DNA of 64,000 nt from the human T2T-CHM13v2.0 reference genome, Homo sapiens, in assembly GCF_009914755.1 (NCBI RefSeq), contig NC_060927.1; one strand, written 5' to 3'. The notes under the pieces are model-generated. The model ran no database searches and had not been told where the DNA came from. It saw only the letters and a list, made by a program, of their open reading frames with translations. Positions 22,920 to 35,309 of this stretch are shown here, piece after piece. Each line of letters begins with the position of its first letter. The stretch's first letter is position 1. A program made the translations under genes and the position numbers.

Positions 22920-25900
22920 ATACCCAATGTTTAGTACCCACTGATAAATGAGAATATGAAGTATTTGCTTTTGTCTCTGCTTTAACTCTCTTGGGATAAT
23001 TAGGCCTCTAACTGCATCCATGACATGATTTTGTTCTTTTTTATGGCTGCAAAGAATTCCATAGTATATATGTACCATATTTTCTTTACCAATCCACCTT
23101 TGATGTGCACCTAAGTTGATTTCATATCTTTTCTGTTGTGAATATTGTTGCAATAAACATGGAGTGCAGCTGTTTATTGCATTTTTTAGTAGAATGATAT
23201 ATTTTCCTTTGGGTATATACACCAAGTAATGGAATTGCTGAGTTGAATGGCAATTCTATCTTCATTTGTCTGAGAAATCTCCAAACTCATTTACCATCTC
23301 ACCAATGATGTTTAAGCATTCCCTTTTCTCTGCAACCTTGCCAACATCTGTCCTTTTTTGACTTTTTAAATTATGGCCATTCTGACTGGTGTGAGATGGC
23401 ATCTTATTGTGGTTTGATGTGCATCTCTCTGATGATTAGAGATGTTGAGCATTTTTTCATTTTCTTGGGCAATGGTTTGTCTTTTTTTGAGAAGTGTCTA
23501 TTCATTTGCCCACTTTTTAGTGGGGCTGTTTGGTTTTTTCTTGTTAATTTGTTCCCCATAGATTCTGAATATTAGTCTATTGTCAGATGCATAGTTTGCA
23601 AATATTTTCTCCCATTCTATAGGTTGTCTGTTTACTCTGTTGATAGTTTCTTTTGCTGTGCAGAACCTCTCCATTTTAATTAGGTCTGAATTGTCAATTT
23701 TTTGTTTCATTGCATTTGCTTTTGAGGACGTGGTCATAAACTTTTTGCTTAGGCCAGTGTCCAGAAGGGATTTTCCTAGGTTTTTTTCTGGGATTTTTTT
23801 TATAGTTTGAGGTGTCACATTTAAGTATTTAATCCATCTTAAGTTGATTTTTGTATATGGTGTGGGGTAGGGGTCAAGTTTCATTCTTCTACATATGGTT
23901 AGCTAGTTTTCTCTGCACTGTTTATTGAATAGGGTGTCTTTTCCTCACTATTTGATTACTTTGTCAAAGATCAGTTGGTTGTAGGTATGCAGCTTTACTT
24001 CTGGGTTCTCTATTCTGTTTTGTTGGTCTAGATATCTATTTTTACCAGTATCATGCTGTTTTGGTTACTGTAACCTTGTAGGATAGTTTGAAATTGGCTA
24101 ATGTGATGCCTCTGGCTTTGTCATTTTTTGCTAAGCATTGCTTTGGCTATTCAGGCTCTTTTTAGGTTCCATATGAATTTTAGAATAGGTTTTTCTATTT
24201 CTGTGAAGAATGATGTTGGTTATTTCATAGAAATTGCATTGAATTTGTAGATCACTTTGGGCAGCATGAACATTTTAACAATATTGATTATTCTAACCCA
24301 TAAGCATGGAATGCTTTTCCATTTGTTTGTGTCAGCTATGACTTCTTTCAACAGTGTTTTGTAGTTCTCCTTGTAGATATCTGTCAACTTCTTGGTTACA
24401 TGTATTTCTAGTTGTGTGTGTGTGTGTTTGTCTATTGTAAATGGAATTATGTTCCTGATTTGGTTCTCAGCTTGAATGTTATTGGTGTATAGAAATGCTA
24501 CTGAGTTTTGTATGTTGACTTTGTATCCTGAAACTTTACTAAAGTCATCAAATCTTTTGATGGAATCTTTAGGGTTTCCTAGATATAGAATCACAGCATC
24601 AGTGAAGAGAAATAATTTAACTTCCTATTTCCCTGTTTGAATGCCTTTTATTTCTTTATCTTGCCTGATTACTCTGGCTAGGACTTCCAGTACTATGTTG
24701 AATACAAGTGGTGAGAGTGGACATCCTTGTCTTATTCCAGTTGTGAGAGAGAATGCCTCCAATTGTTGCCCATTCAGCATGATATTGGTTGTCAGTTTGT
24801 CATGGATGGCTCTTATTTTGAGGTATATTTCCTTAAATGCATAGTTTGTTGAAGACTTCTGTCATGAAACAATGCTGGACTTTATCAAATGCTTTTTCTG
24901 TGTCTATTGAGATGATCATATGGTTTTTATTTTTAACACTGATTATGTGGTGAATCACATTTTTTGATTTGCATATATTGAACTAGTCTTGCATTCCAGA
25001 GATAAAGCCCACTTGATCATGGTTTCATCTCAACATGATTTTTGATGTGCTGCTGGATTTGGTTTGCTAGTATTTTATTGAAGATTTTTGTATCTATCTT
25101 CATCCGGGATATTGGCCTGTAGTTTTATTTTTCTGCTGTGTCTTTGCCAGATTTGGGTATCAGAATGATCCTGGTTTTCTAGAATGAGTTAAGGAGGAGT
25201 CCCTCTTCCATAATCTTTTGGAATAGTTTAAGTCAGATTGGTACCAGCTTTTCTTTGTATGTCTGGTAGTATTTGGCTCTGAATCCATCTGATCCAGGGA
25301 TTTTTTTGGTTAGTAGACTTTTTATTACTGATTAAATTTCTTAACTCATTATTGGTCTGTTCAGGGTTTCTGCTCCTTTATGGTACAATCTTTGGAGGTT
25401 GTGTGTTTCCAGGAATGTATCTATTTCCTACAGATTTTCTAGTTTGTGTGCATGGAGGAATTCAGAATAGTCTCTGAGGCACTTTTGTGTTTCTGTGTGA
25501 TCGGTTGTAATGTTACCTTTGTCATTTTTTATTGTCCTTCTTTGCACCATTTCTCTCTTTTTCTTTGTTAATCTAGCTAATGGTCTATCAATCTTGTTTA
25601 TCCTTTCAAAGAACAAACTTTTTCTCTTGTTGATTCTTTGAATGATTTTTTTTGGTCTCTATTTCATTTAGTTCTGCTCTCATTTTAGTTATTTCTTTTC
25701 TTTTGCTAGCTGTTGGTTTATTTCGTTCTTGATTTTCTAGTTCCTTTAGGTACAATGTTAAGTTCTTAATTTGAAATCTATCATCTTGATGTAGGCATTT
25801 AGCACTATCAACTTTCCTCTTAATTCTGCTTTTGCTGCGTCTCAGAGGTTTTGGTACCTTGTGTCTCTATTTTCATTTATTTCAAAGAATGTTTTCATTT

Positions 25901-26780
25901 TTGCATTAATTTCATTGTCTACCCAAAAGTCATTCAGGAACAAATTGTTTAGTTTCCATGAATTTGTGTGGTTTTGAGGGTTCCTCTTGGTATTGATTTT
26001 TATTTTTATTCCACTGTGGTCCAAGAAAATGCTTGCTGTGATTTCAGTTTTTTGGAATTTGTTGAGACTTTTTTTATGACTGAGCACGTGGTCAATCTTA
26101 GAGTATGATCTGTGTGCAGATGAGAAGAATGTATATTCTGTGGTTGTTGGGTGGAGAATTGTGTAGATATCTATTAGGTCCCATTGGTGAAATGTTGAAT
26201 TTAAGTCCAGAATTTCTTTGTAGTTTTCTCCCTTGATGCTCTGTCTAATGCTGTCGGTGGAGTATGAAGTCTCCCATTATTATTGTGTGGCTGCATAAGT
26301 CTTCTCTTAAGTCTAGTAGTAATTGTTTTATAAATCTGGGTGCTCCAATGTTGGGTGTATATATATTTAGGATAGTTAATCTTGTTGAATAGAACCCTTT
26401 ATCATTATGTAATGCTCTCTTTTGTCCCTTTTTTTTTTTTACTGTTATTGATTTAAAGTCTGTTTCATCTGACACAATAATATTCACCTATGATTTTTTT
26501 GTTTTCTATTTACATAACAGATCTTTCTCCTTCCCTTCACTTTGAGCCTAGGGGTTTCATTACATGTGAAATGGGTCTCTTGAAGACAGCAGAAAGTTTA
26601 GTCTTTGTTTTAATCCAGTTTGCTACTCTATATCTTTTAAGTGGAGCATTTAGACAATTTATGTTAATATTTAGATTAATATTTAGGTTATTAGGTTAAT
26701 TAATTAGGTTAATTAGGTTAAATAATTAGGTTAATATTTAGGTTAATATTAATATGTGAGGTGTTCTTTTTGACATGGTG
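22920..26780 (-). pseudogene. Degenerate L1 ORF2 (endonuclease/reverse transcriptase)
   Basis: Peptides [58 protein letters not shown]; many stops and frameshifts. Confidence 0.9.
26657..26755. repeat. Imperfect TTAGGTTA(AT) tandem array inside the L1 ORF2 5' end
   Basis: Six TTAGGTTA copies (26683, 26691, 26704, 26713, 26726, 26738) plus variants. Confidence 0.85.
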
Positions 26781-26849
26781 TTGTTATCTAGTTGCTTTGT
26801 AGTCTTGATTGTGTAGCTGTTTTACAGGGTCTGTGAGATATGTACTTAC

Positions 26850-27942
26850 ACGTGCTTTTGTGGTAGCAAGTATCATTCTTTCATTTCCATGTTTAGAATT
26901 CCCTTAAGCGTCTCATGTAGGGCTGGTCTGGTGGTGATAAATTCCCTTAGCAATTACTTGGCTGGGAAAGACTTTATTTCGCTTTCATTTATGGAGTGTA
27001 TTAGGGCAGGATATGAAATCCTTGGCTGGAATTTCTTTTCCCTAAGAATGCTGAAAATAAGTCTCCAGTCTCTTCTGGCTTGGGTTTCTGTTGAGAAGTC
27101 TGTTGTTTTTCTGATGGGATTCCCTTGATATGTAATATAGCCCTTTTCTCTAGCTGCCTTTAAGCTTTTTTTCTTTTGAATTGACCTTGGAAAGTCTGAT
27201 TACTATGGACCTTGGGGATGATCATCTTGTATGTATCTCAGAGGAGTTCTCTGGATGTCTTGTATCTGCATGTCAACCTCTCTAGTAAGATTGGGGAAAT
27301 TTTCCTGAATTATATCTTCAAATATGTTTTCCAAGTTGTTACATTCTCTTCTCTCTCAGGAATGGCAATGAGTTGTAGGTTTGGTTGCTTTACATAATCT
27401 CATATTTCTAAGAGGCTTTCTTTGTTGTTTTTAATTCTTTAATTCTTTATTTTTGTCTGGATTGATTTGAATGACCAGTCTTTGAGTTCTGAAATTCTTT
27501 CTTCTGCTTGGTCTAGTCTGTTATTAAGGCTTCCAACTGTATTTTGAAATTCTTCCAGTAAATTTTTCAATTCCAGAAGTTCTTTTTGGTCCTTTCTTAA
27601 TATAGCTATGTCATGTTTCAAATCTTGGATTGTTTTTCTGGCTTTGCTAGATTGGATTTCAACTTTCTCTTGGATCTCATTGAGTTTCCTTGCCATCCAT
27701 ATTTGGGATTCCATATCTATCATTTCAGACATTTCAATGTGGATAGGATCCATTGGCAGGGAGCTAATGCAATCCTTTGGAGGTGATGAAACACTCTCGC
27801 TTTTTGTATGGCTGGAGTTCCTGTTCTGATTCCTTCTCGTCTGAGGGAGCCAACACTTCTTGTTCTGTTTGAATTTGCTGTCATTTGGATGGGGCTTTGT
27901 ATTTTTATTCTTTTTTCCCTTGAGTGTATGACTATGGGGCAT
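26850..27942 (-). pseudogene. Degenerate L1 ORF1
   Basis: Coiled-coil peptide ELLELKNLLEEFQNTVGSLNNRLDQAEERISELKD. Confidence 0.9.
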
Positions 27943-29489
27943 GTTTTATATACAATTGGTTGGCTTTGTTTCTAGATTCTTTCAGAGGGCCAAAGCCCTA
28001 TATGGGTTTCCTTGGTTGCAGATAGGTTCATGCAGTAGGTTTCAGATATTGCTTGATTTAGCAAAGTATTTTTGTTTGATGGTATAATTCAGGGTACATT
28101 CTAGTAGATAGCAAGTAAGAGTAAATTAAACAGATAGGCTGAATTAAACAGATAGGCTCTTACTCAGCTGCACTTGCCCTCAGTGGGACAGCAGTGCCAG
28201 AGAAACATGAATAGGGTACTTTATCAGCTCACACTCACTTTTGATGAGGGTGGAGCCACTAGAGAATTATGAGAAGCAGCCTCTTTCAGTACATGCTTAC
28301 CATGCTCCAATGGGAAGAGCCACTGCTGCATCTGCAACAGTGCACTAAGGATGGGAAGTGGGGGATGAGAGGTGAATTTCTCTTCAAGTCCGGTCCCAGA
28401 CCTTGATGATGCCCCCTTCAGCAGTTGCTGCCTGCCAGTATTTCCTTTGTCCCAAGGTGAGGGCTTTGGTGGGCTGTGCTCCCCCAATCCCTTAGAAATA
28501 GTCCACACTGAGGCTTAGGTCTCCAGGGGGTCTAAAACTCCCCTCAGGGACCCACTGGTCCCCTGTGCTTGCCAAAGTTAGAGCAAGTTGTGAGGTCCAT
28601 ATCACTCTTTATCTTTGCTTTTTCACTCTTTATCTTCATTTTTAGTTTTCATTCTATCCTTTCTCTCCCCTTCTCCCAAAGCAGTCTTACTGAAGTCTCT
28701 CAGATGGAAAAACCAACTTCATAAGCTTGCCCCTGAAAATTCAAGTTGCACATATCTTAAGTCTTCATTTTTTATTCATTAGGTGGGGAAAACAGGGATT
28801 CATCTAGATTTAGGTCCAGATGGATTCAGGCTTTGTATCTCTCTTCATCTTACCAGCTCTGGTCCTCTCTGTGTGCCATTATTCTTTAGACAGCCTCCTT
28901 CCATTAGTAGGCAAGATGGCCACAAAGAACTCCAAACTAACATCTGCCAGGCCCAGCACTTCCTCTCCCAAGGTGTGTACATCAATCCTGGTGACATCTA
29001 TGATGATAGGCTGTTTATTAGGCATCAAATGTGAGCAAGAGGAAGCCAGAGTAAGCCCAAAGGATATTTGTGAGGCATTCCTCTGAGACTGCAGAAAATA
29101 ACATTCACTTTGAAAAATTATTCAAATATTAAATTAAGTCATTTAACAGCACTAAAATCTTCAAATTAAAGAAATATTAAAAGTAAGATAAAAGATTAAT
29201 GGTGACACTTGTTATAAAGTATTACTCTTCAGCTCACCTTTGACACAAGTAAAAGGAGAAATTGATAATGAAATTTAAGAATCATTAAGTGTATAATCCA
29301 GAAAATTCCAAATATCTTACTATAAGATTGGATCCTCGAGAAAACAAAAAAGTACATACTTGAAAAAGAAGTGAGCTTTTCCCCTACATGTTTCCTTTCC
29401 CATTCAGTTATGTGAGTTAACATGACAATCACGTTTTTATATTCTTTAATATTTCCCTATTTCAAATAGTAAAATCAAATTAAAGGTAA

Positions 29490-30830
29490 CCATAATAAAG
29501 ACAACATAGTTTTTGCTTCTTCCCAAATTTCCACATAAAAATGAACAGAGCAACTAGACACCAACACTAAAAACCAAGAACAATGCTTACGACAAAACTA
29601 CACTCCAAGGTTTCCCTCAAATACAGCCAGGTCCAACCATTGGAAAGGCAAATAAAGGAATCACAAGTCAAATAGTTAGGGACATCCCTGATGCTCAGGC
29701 TTCCTTTTCCACTCTTGACCAGGAAATTACAAGATGAACTGTAACCTTCTACCAGGTAGGAAGATACCAAAACCCAATAGGTGGATGTGGAAATGGAGTC
29801 ATGAGCCAACATAATGAGTCTCCTGCTGGCCAAATTTGGGACAGTTTGAGCTTCAGTAAAGATAAGAATTGCAAACTCATCAAATATTTTAAATTCATGA
29901 ATTAATAATAATAATAATATCAAAAATTGGTCCTATTCAAAGGATGACAGAAAACAAATTCATTGTTTTTGAAAACTGGCAATTAAAGGGAACAAATTAA
30001 GGATCCATTTCACCTTTCCTAGGTGAACTGTACCACTGGGTAACTAATTAGTTGATGAAGGAGAAGTATCTCTTTATAAAACAATTCCGACTAGTAAGTG
30101 CAAATAAAATGATAGAATATCACCATTTTACAACACCTAAGTAATTAATGGACCTAGGCATCAATTCCTGCTAAAAAGAGAGAGAATAAATGAGACATTA
30201 TGCACCTAATGATAATATATATATATCATCTAGAGTCTAGTCAAAGGGTGAAGTTAAGTCTGATAAAATTTCATTCCACTGTACATTTATAGGAAATACA
30301 GAAGGATGTAGTTGAACTATACCATGGTTATGCAATCCATAACATCCAGACTGCAAAATTCTACAGGTCAAATGACACAGGTGTTTCAGCAGTTAAATTG
30401 TAAGAGAAAAAAAAAGATGAAAGGTGAATCTCCAGATTTAAAAAGAGACTTAAAAAATTGTAACAGAAAAAAAAAAAGATGAAAGGTGAATCTCCAGATT
30501 TAAAAAGAGACTTCAAAATTTTTTTAATGTAATGAGAAAACTCAAACTATTATGTTAAGGAATGAACATTTGGGATATAAAACCATTAAGAAATGCAAGA
30601 AAGTTTTATTCAAAAGTTGTCAGTGTTTACTTTTGGAAAGAGAGAGGGCCTATGATTGGAAAAAGGCACATAGAAGCTTCCTGGGGTGCTGGCAACATTC
30701 TTTGTTGACCTGGGCAGTGGTTTCATGGGTGTTTGCCTTATAATAATTCACTGAGCTATAGATTTGTCTTCTGTGGTTGATTTTATCTACTTTTTAAAGT
30801 AAACAAAAAGGTGAACCAATTACTAAAACA
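29490..30830 (+). mobile_element. Old L1MC/L1MD 3' region
   Basis: gtctcctgctggccaaatttgggacagtttgagc, tctttataaaacaattcc, gacctgggcagtggtttcatgggtgtttgccttataataattc. Confidence 0.65.
30395..30516. repeat. About 60-bp tandem duplication (2 copies)
   Basis: aaattgtaa(g/c)ag-A9/A11-gatgaaaggtgaatctccagatttaaaaagagactt at 30395 and 30455. Confidence 0.9.
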
Positions 30831-31539
30831 ATAAAGGTCAGTAAATAGAAATGGAAAGTAAAATAGTAAAGTCAAATTAAATTCAAAGTCATCTTTTAAC
30901 TGGAAGACCAAAGTCGACGATCTTACAGCAAAAAAAAAAAAACAAAAAGAAAAAGAAGAGACAGCAAAAATAATACCCTAGAGACAGCAAAGCATTAGAG
31001 AGGAAGTTGCCAACAAGAATTCACATTCTAATCTCCAAACAAACACAAAGAAAGTAATAATATAGGTACTTTTTCAAATAAATTTTCAATGAATTTAATC
31101 AAAAAGTTGAAGATTTCCCCCTTACTGTACATGCCTGTATTCATAAAATGGGAAATAAAGTCCACTAATTGGAAATGTCCTTTTTCACCAGCTTTTCTGG
31201 AACAGCTCTGTTGTGGGAGGCCTGCAATGCATTTATCAGCCCTCTTACAGATGCCTCTCAAACTCTGCAATAAGCCATTCTCCCATAGTGAGAATAGTGG
31301 CTCCTTAGTGAATCAATTTAAACTAAGTAACAAAAATCGGCAATTCAATTTGTCCATCCTGTGACCCTTCAGGGTAGAAGGGGTTTACACCTCATCCTTT
31401 CTTGAAATAAGTTGCTCTTATCCCAGGTCAGCCAAAAAGGCTGAAATTTGAGTTCTTCCCCCAGTGCGGGTTATAGTAGCCCTGTTCAGTTTTCCTAACA
31501 AAACCCCTCTAAAAGCACAAGATGAGAAGTTTAGAGACC

Positions 31540-31863
31540 GTGCTAATTGTGGTGTAATTAATGGAGACCTTTCTTTGCCCATTCTGGTATCCACACCCTT
31601 TTCCATCTAATTGGGCAGTTCTTCCCACCCGAGCAAAATGTATATTCCCTCCACCTTTACATTGGTCTTGGCCATAAGAATGGCTGGGAATAAATTGTGG
31701 GGAAGAGTAACAATGTGCCAATTTCAAGCCTGGACCTTAAAAGCATCATATGTTTCCTTTTGGCTTCCTGTACTTCTGCCATTGACATGAGAAGAGTTCC
31801 CTCAGGTGGCTGCTGCCACCTTAGCCTGGGCCTCTGTTACATAGCAATCACTAACTGATACAC
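31540..31863 (+). mobile_element. MLT1 (MaLR) LTR with internal deletion
   Basis: tgtgccaatttcaagcctggaccttaaaagcatc and terminal tgttacatagcaatcactaactgataca. Confidence 0.6.
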
Positions 31864-32969
31864 AAATAATGCCAGTGCAATATGTGACTAATTTCTCCTT
31901 CTTTAGAATTGCAGCTTTGGCATGACTTGTACCACAACTGAAAATCAAAAGTGTGTCATTTTCCACAACATGTATCTCCCTATTTTACCTATTTTACCCT
32001 GTCCCTCGGCTCTCTATTGCAGACTGAAGGAAATGATAATGCAACCCAGTCTTGAGCAATAAAATTGTGTTCATTTTAGCCCTCATCCCTGGCCTCACCT
32101 TTTATTCCTTTTCTCTTGTCCTAATTGTGCAGTTTTATAATTCCATCTCTCACATGGCTTGTTGAGTATAGTACATGTTATTCCTCACATTGTCTTTTGC
32201 CTTTCTTCCTAGACAAGAGTTGGGAGTAGGGTGAAGAGAGAAAAAGGAAGAGAAAGCGTTTTGCCATTCATATTCCAGTTCAAACTGCATTCCACCTGCA
32301 GCCCATTTTGTCATTTCTCAACCATCACTCTTACCTGTGATTCATTTTTGCATGTTTTGTCATTCTCAATTTTGAAATTTCAAGACACTGCAGAAAAACA
32401 TGTCAGGCAATAAAGAAGATTCACATAAGGAAAAAGCAATCCTGTGTTCCTCAACCAGATGTCTACATTGCAAGGCAGTGAAATTTCCAACAATCCTGGA
32501 GACAAACACACTGACACAAAAAGACATCCAGCTGGGACTCCTTTGCTGTCAGATGCCTATATTTCTACCTTCATTGTGGAAGTGTGGGACTCTTCCTCAG
32601 GGAAAGCCTCTCGCTACAGAGAGCTGGGCCATCCAGCATCACCACCCAAAAAGAGAGTGGCCCTAGTGACAGGTGCCACCTTCCCCTAGAAATTTCCCTT
32701 CTCACCTTTTTTTCTGGTTGAATTACAGCCTGATAGCTACCTTGGCTGGACTTCACATACCTGGTGCTCCAGAGCAGTGAAATCTCATGTATGGAACATC
32801 CCATATCTTTGATTCAGGGAATTCTTTGGATGATCACTTACTCACAAAGACTAAACAAAAAATTGTGTGACTATATCATCAATTTAGAACGTGCCAAAGT
32901 ACCCGTATAAGTCACTGTCTTTAAATCTACCATTTGGTGACCACAGAAATGCTTACTGAGGAAAGGAAA

Positions 32970-33150
32970 CTGAACATTAATTGGGTGCCCACTATTTCTT
33001 CAGTACTTTGTATACCTTCTTTAATTTCATTCTCATCACACCCCTGTAAAATATGTATTTTTATTCCCATTCTACTGATGAGAAAGATGAAGGTGCAAGG
33101 AGAGTCCGTTAACTTGCCTGAGGTCACATAGCTGGTAAAAGATGAAACTG
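32970..33150 (-). mobile_element. MIR
   Basis: attcccattctactgatgagaaagatgaagg...taacttgcctgaggtcacatagctggtaa. Confidence 0.75.
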
Positions 33151-34111
33151 CTCATGGGGAAAACAGAACATCTCTCCAATTTCACAGAGTTATTGTAATA
33201 AGAAGATGCATGATTTTATACGATATCATCTGGTACTTAGGTATGCAAGAAATGTTCATGTCCTCCTCCTCATCCCCCACCCCTACTTAACATGTAGGAC
33301 TCTATTCATTCACCCACTCATTCATTCTTTCACTAAACTCATACTGAGGACCTTCTCTGCCAGAAACTGTGTCAAGCACCAGGAGGCCCTGCCCTCGATG
33401 ATAGATACAGAGATAAAAAGGATTTACTCTCCAGGTTACACACAATACACTCAGTCGCTTTTCAGGAGGGCCTCTTGATTAATAAGAGCTTAACTCTAAA
33501 TATTGACAGTGTCATCTGTCAGATCATTTTCCCACCCAGGTTTCCTGGTTACTCCAATGTGGGGATCAATCCCAGCTTTCTTTCCTTAGGCTGAAATGAG
33601 TTGTGATTTCCCCTGGGGAGAAGGTGGATGTGTATTTAGTAGAAGAGTAGATGGTCTCCAGTCAAGTTCTCCAGTCTTCTGCTCATTATGTCATATTGAC
33701 ATGGAACTGTTTAATTTTATCTCTTGTCTACAATAGTGAATGGGATAAAATCAAGTCAGATATTAGTTCAAATCAAGGTCTAGTTAATTCCTAATTAGCT
33801 TATCATGGTTGCTGTGTGTATAAAAGGCAGACCCTAATGGCAACTGCTTAAACTTCACTTTGTCTCACTTTCAGTTATTTAGATCTTTCTATTTTCCACT
33901 CCATAGCAAATCCTGCTAAAGCTCAGCATGGGCACTGGACCAGCAGGCAGATTTTAGCTGCTCAGGTTATGCTGCTGATGTCCTGCAACCGCAAGATACC
34001 CAACCCACCTCCAGCACCAGGCTGTACTCATGCTCCTCTCTCTCCCATACTTTGACAAGGCAGCCCTCTGACTCAATGCTACTCTGCCACTATCTCAGGC
34101 TCATATCAATC

Positions 34112-34500
34112 TCCTATTCATTCACTCATTCATTCAATTAACAAGTCTTTATAGAGCATTCACCTGTTGTCAGCTCTGTGCTAGGGGCTACCAGCAAAGA
34201 GAGGACACATCCCTGAGCTCAGGGAACTTTTGGCACAGTTAGAGAGGCAGATAATTCAACAAGGGCATGCCAAGCCATGTGACTGGAAATATGCTAAGGA
34301 AGATAAAAGTGCTATGATGGCATGCAATAGAGGAGCTTAACCCAGTTTAGGGAGAGCTGAGTTGACTTTCTAGAGGAAGTGACATTCTAATCATACACCT
34401 AAAGGATAATTCAGGGTTAACTGAACAAAATGAATATGCTTGGAGTAGAGGAGCATGAGGGAAAATGGGGAATAGAGAGAATGTCCCATGAAAAGTCCCC
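34112..34500 (-). mobile_element. L2 3' end
   Basis: ttcattcactcattcattcaattaacaagtctttatagagc...ctgtgctagggg; cttcctagaggaagtgacatt-like motif. Confidence 0.65.
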
Positions 34501-35309
34501 AAAGTGAAAGACAGATGGTGCTCTTGAGAAATTTTTTGTAATTATAAGTTCAATATTTTTGAATAGGAGAGTGGACAAGATAACTTCAGAAGGTAAGGAG
34601 ACTTCTTCAAATCTCCTTGCTCCCCATGAGAGTATTTGGGCTTAATTATTAGCCAGGATCCCAACACAGGGCACGCTAGAGTGACATTGCTTATCCGTAC
34701 CCTACTTTTGGAATCCTGGTTCATTCCTTCTATCCACATGCCCAAGGCCAGTTCAGGCAGTGAAGATTATTTTCAAAGATCTTAATTGAGGTTTTTATCA
34801 CTTCTCTGTTAATATAGCTGTTATCTCTGCCTCTGTCTTCTCCAAATTCTGTCACATTGACCTCACTATCCTCAAAAAACTATGTAGTCTAGTGGGATGG
34901 ATTAGATGTACATACTAGGTAACCCTTATGAAATAAGATACTCATGTGGTTCATTCTCAGGGTAATTCCAAGATTTAAAAAAAAAAAAAAAACAGAGTGA
35001 TGCAACTTAGATGAATTTTTAAGTAAGTCAAGGTGTTTCTTGACTTAAACACTAAAACTGGAGTGTCTTAAATGCAGAAAACAGGATCCAAAGACAAAAT
35101 ATATAGAAACACTTATTAAATCTCCCTTCTTTACAATCCACTTAACCTCACATGTCACTGCTAATCCAGCGCTTCTTTTTTTAAACATTACTCTCATACC
35201 CCTGTCCCACCCCTGATTTATAAAGTTTATTTCTCCAAGAAAAGAACTTCTTCCCCAGATCTAGCACTCATGTTCTCTTTACCTCTCTCTCTTTTTCTGT
35301 CTCTGTGGT

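Larger units (their letters stand above)
22720..28600 (-). mobile_element. Near full-length old primate LINE-1 (L1PA16/17-L1PB-like), ORFs disrupted
   Basis: Collinear minus-strand ORF1 (27439-27942) and ORF2 fragments (endonuclease 26245-26487, 25842-26087; RT 24220-24594; C-terminal 23498-23884), 3' UTR near 22.75 kb, partial 5' UTR. Confidence 0.95.

Noticed and set aside
26657-26755. TTAGG repeats as interstitial telomere or insect-type telomeric contamination
   Set aside because: Units are TTAGGTTA with AT spacers, not TTAGGG or contiguous TTAGG, and derive from flanking L1 ORF2 sequence
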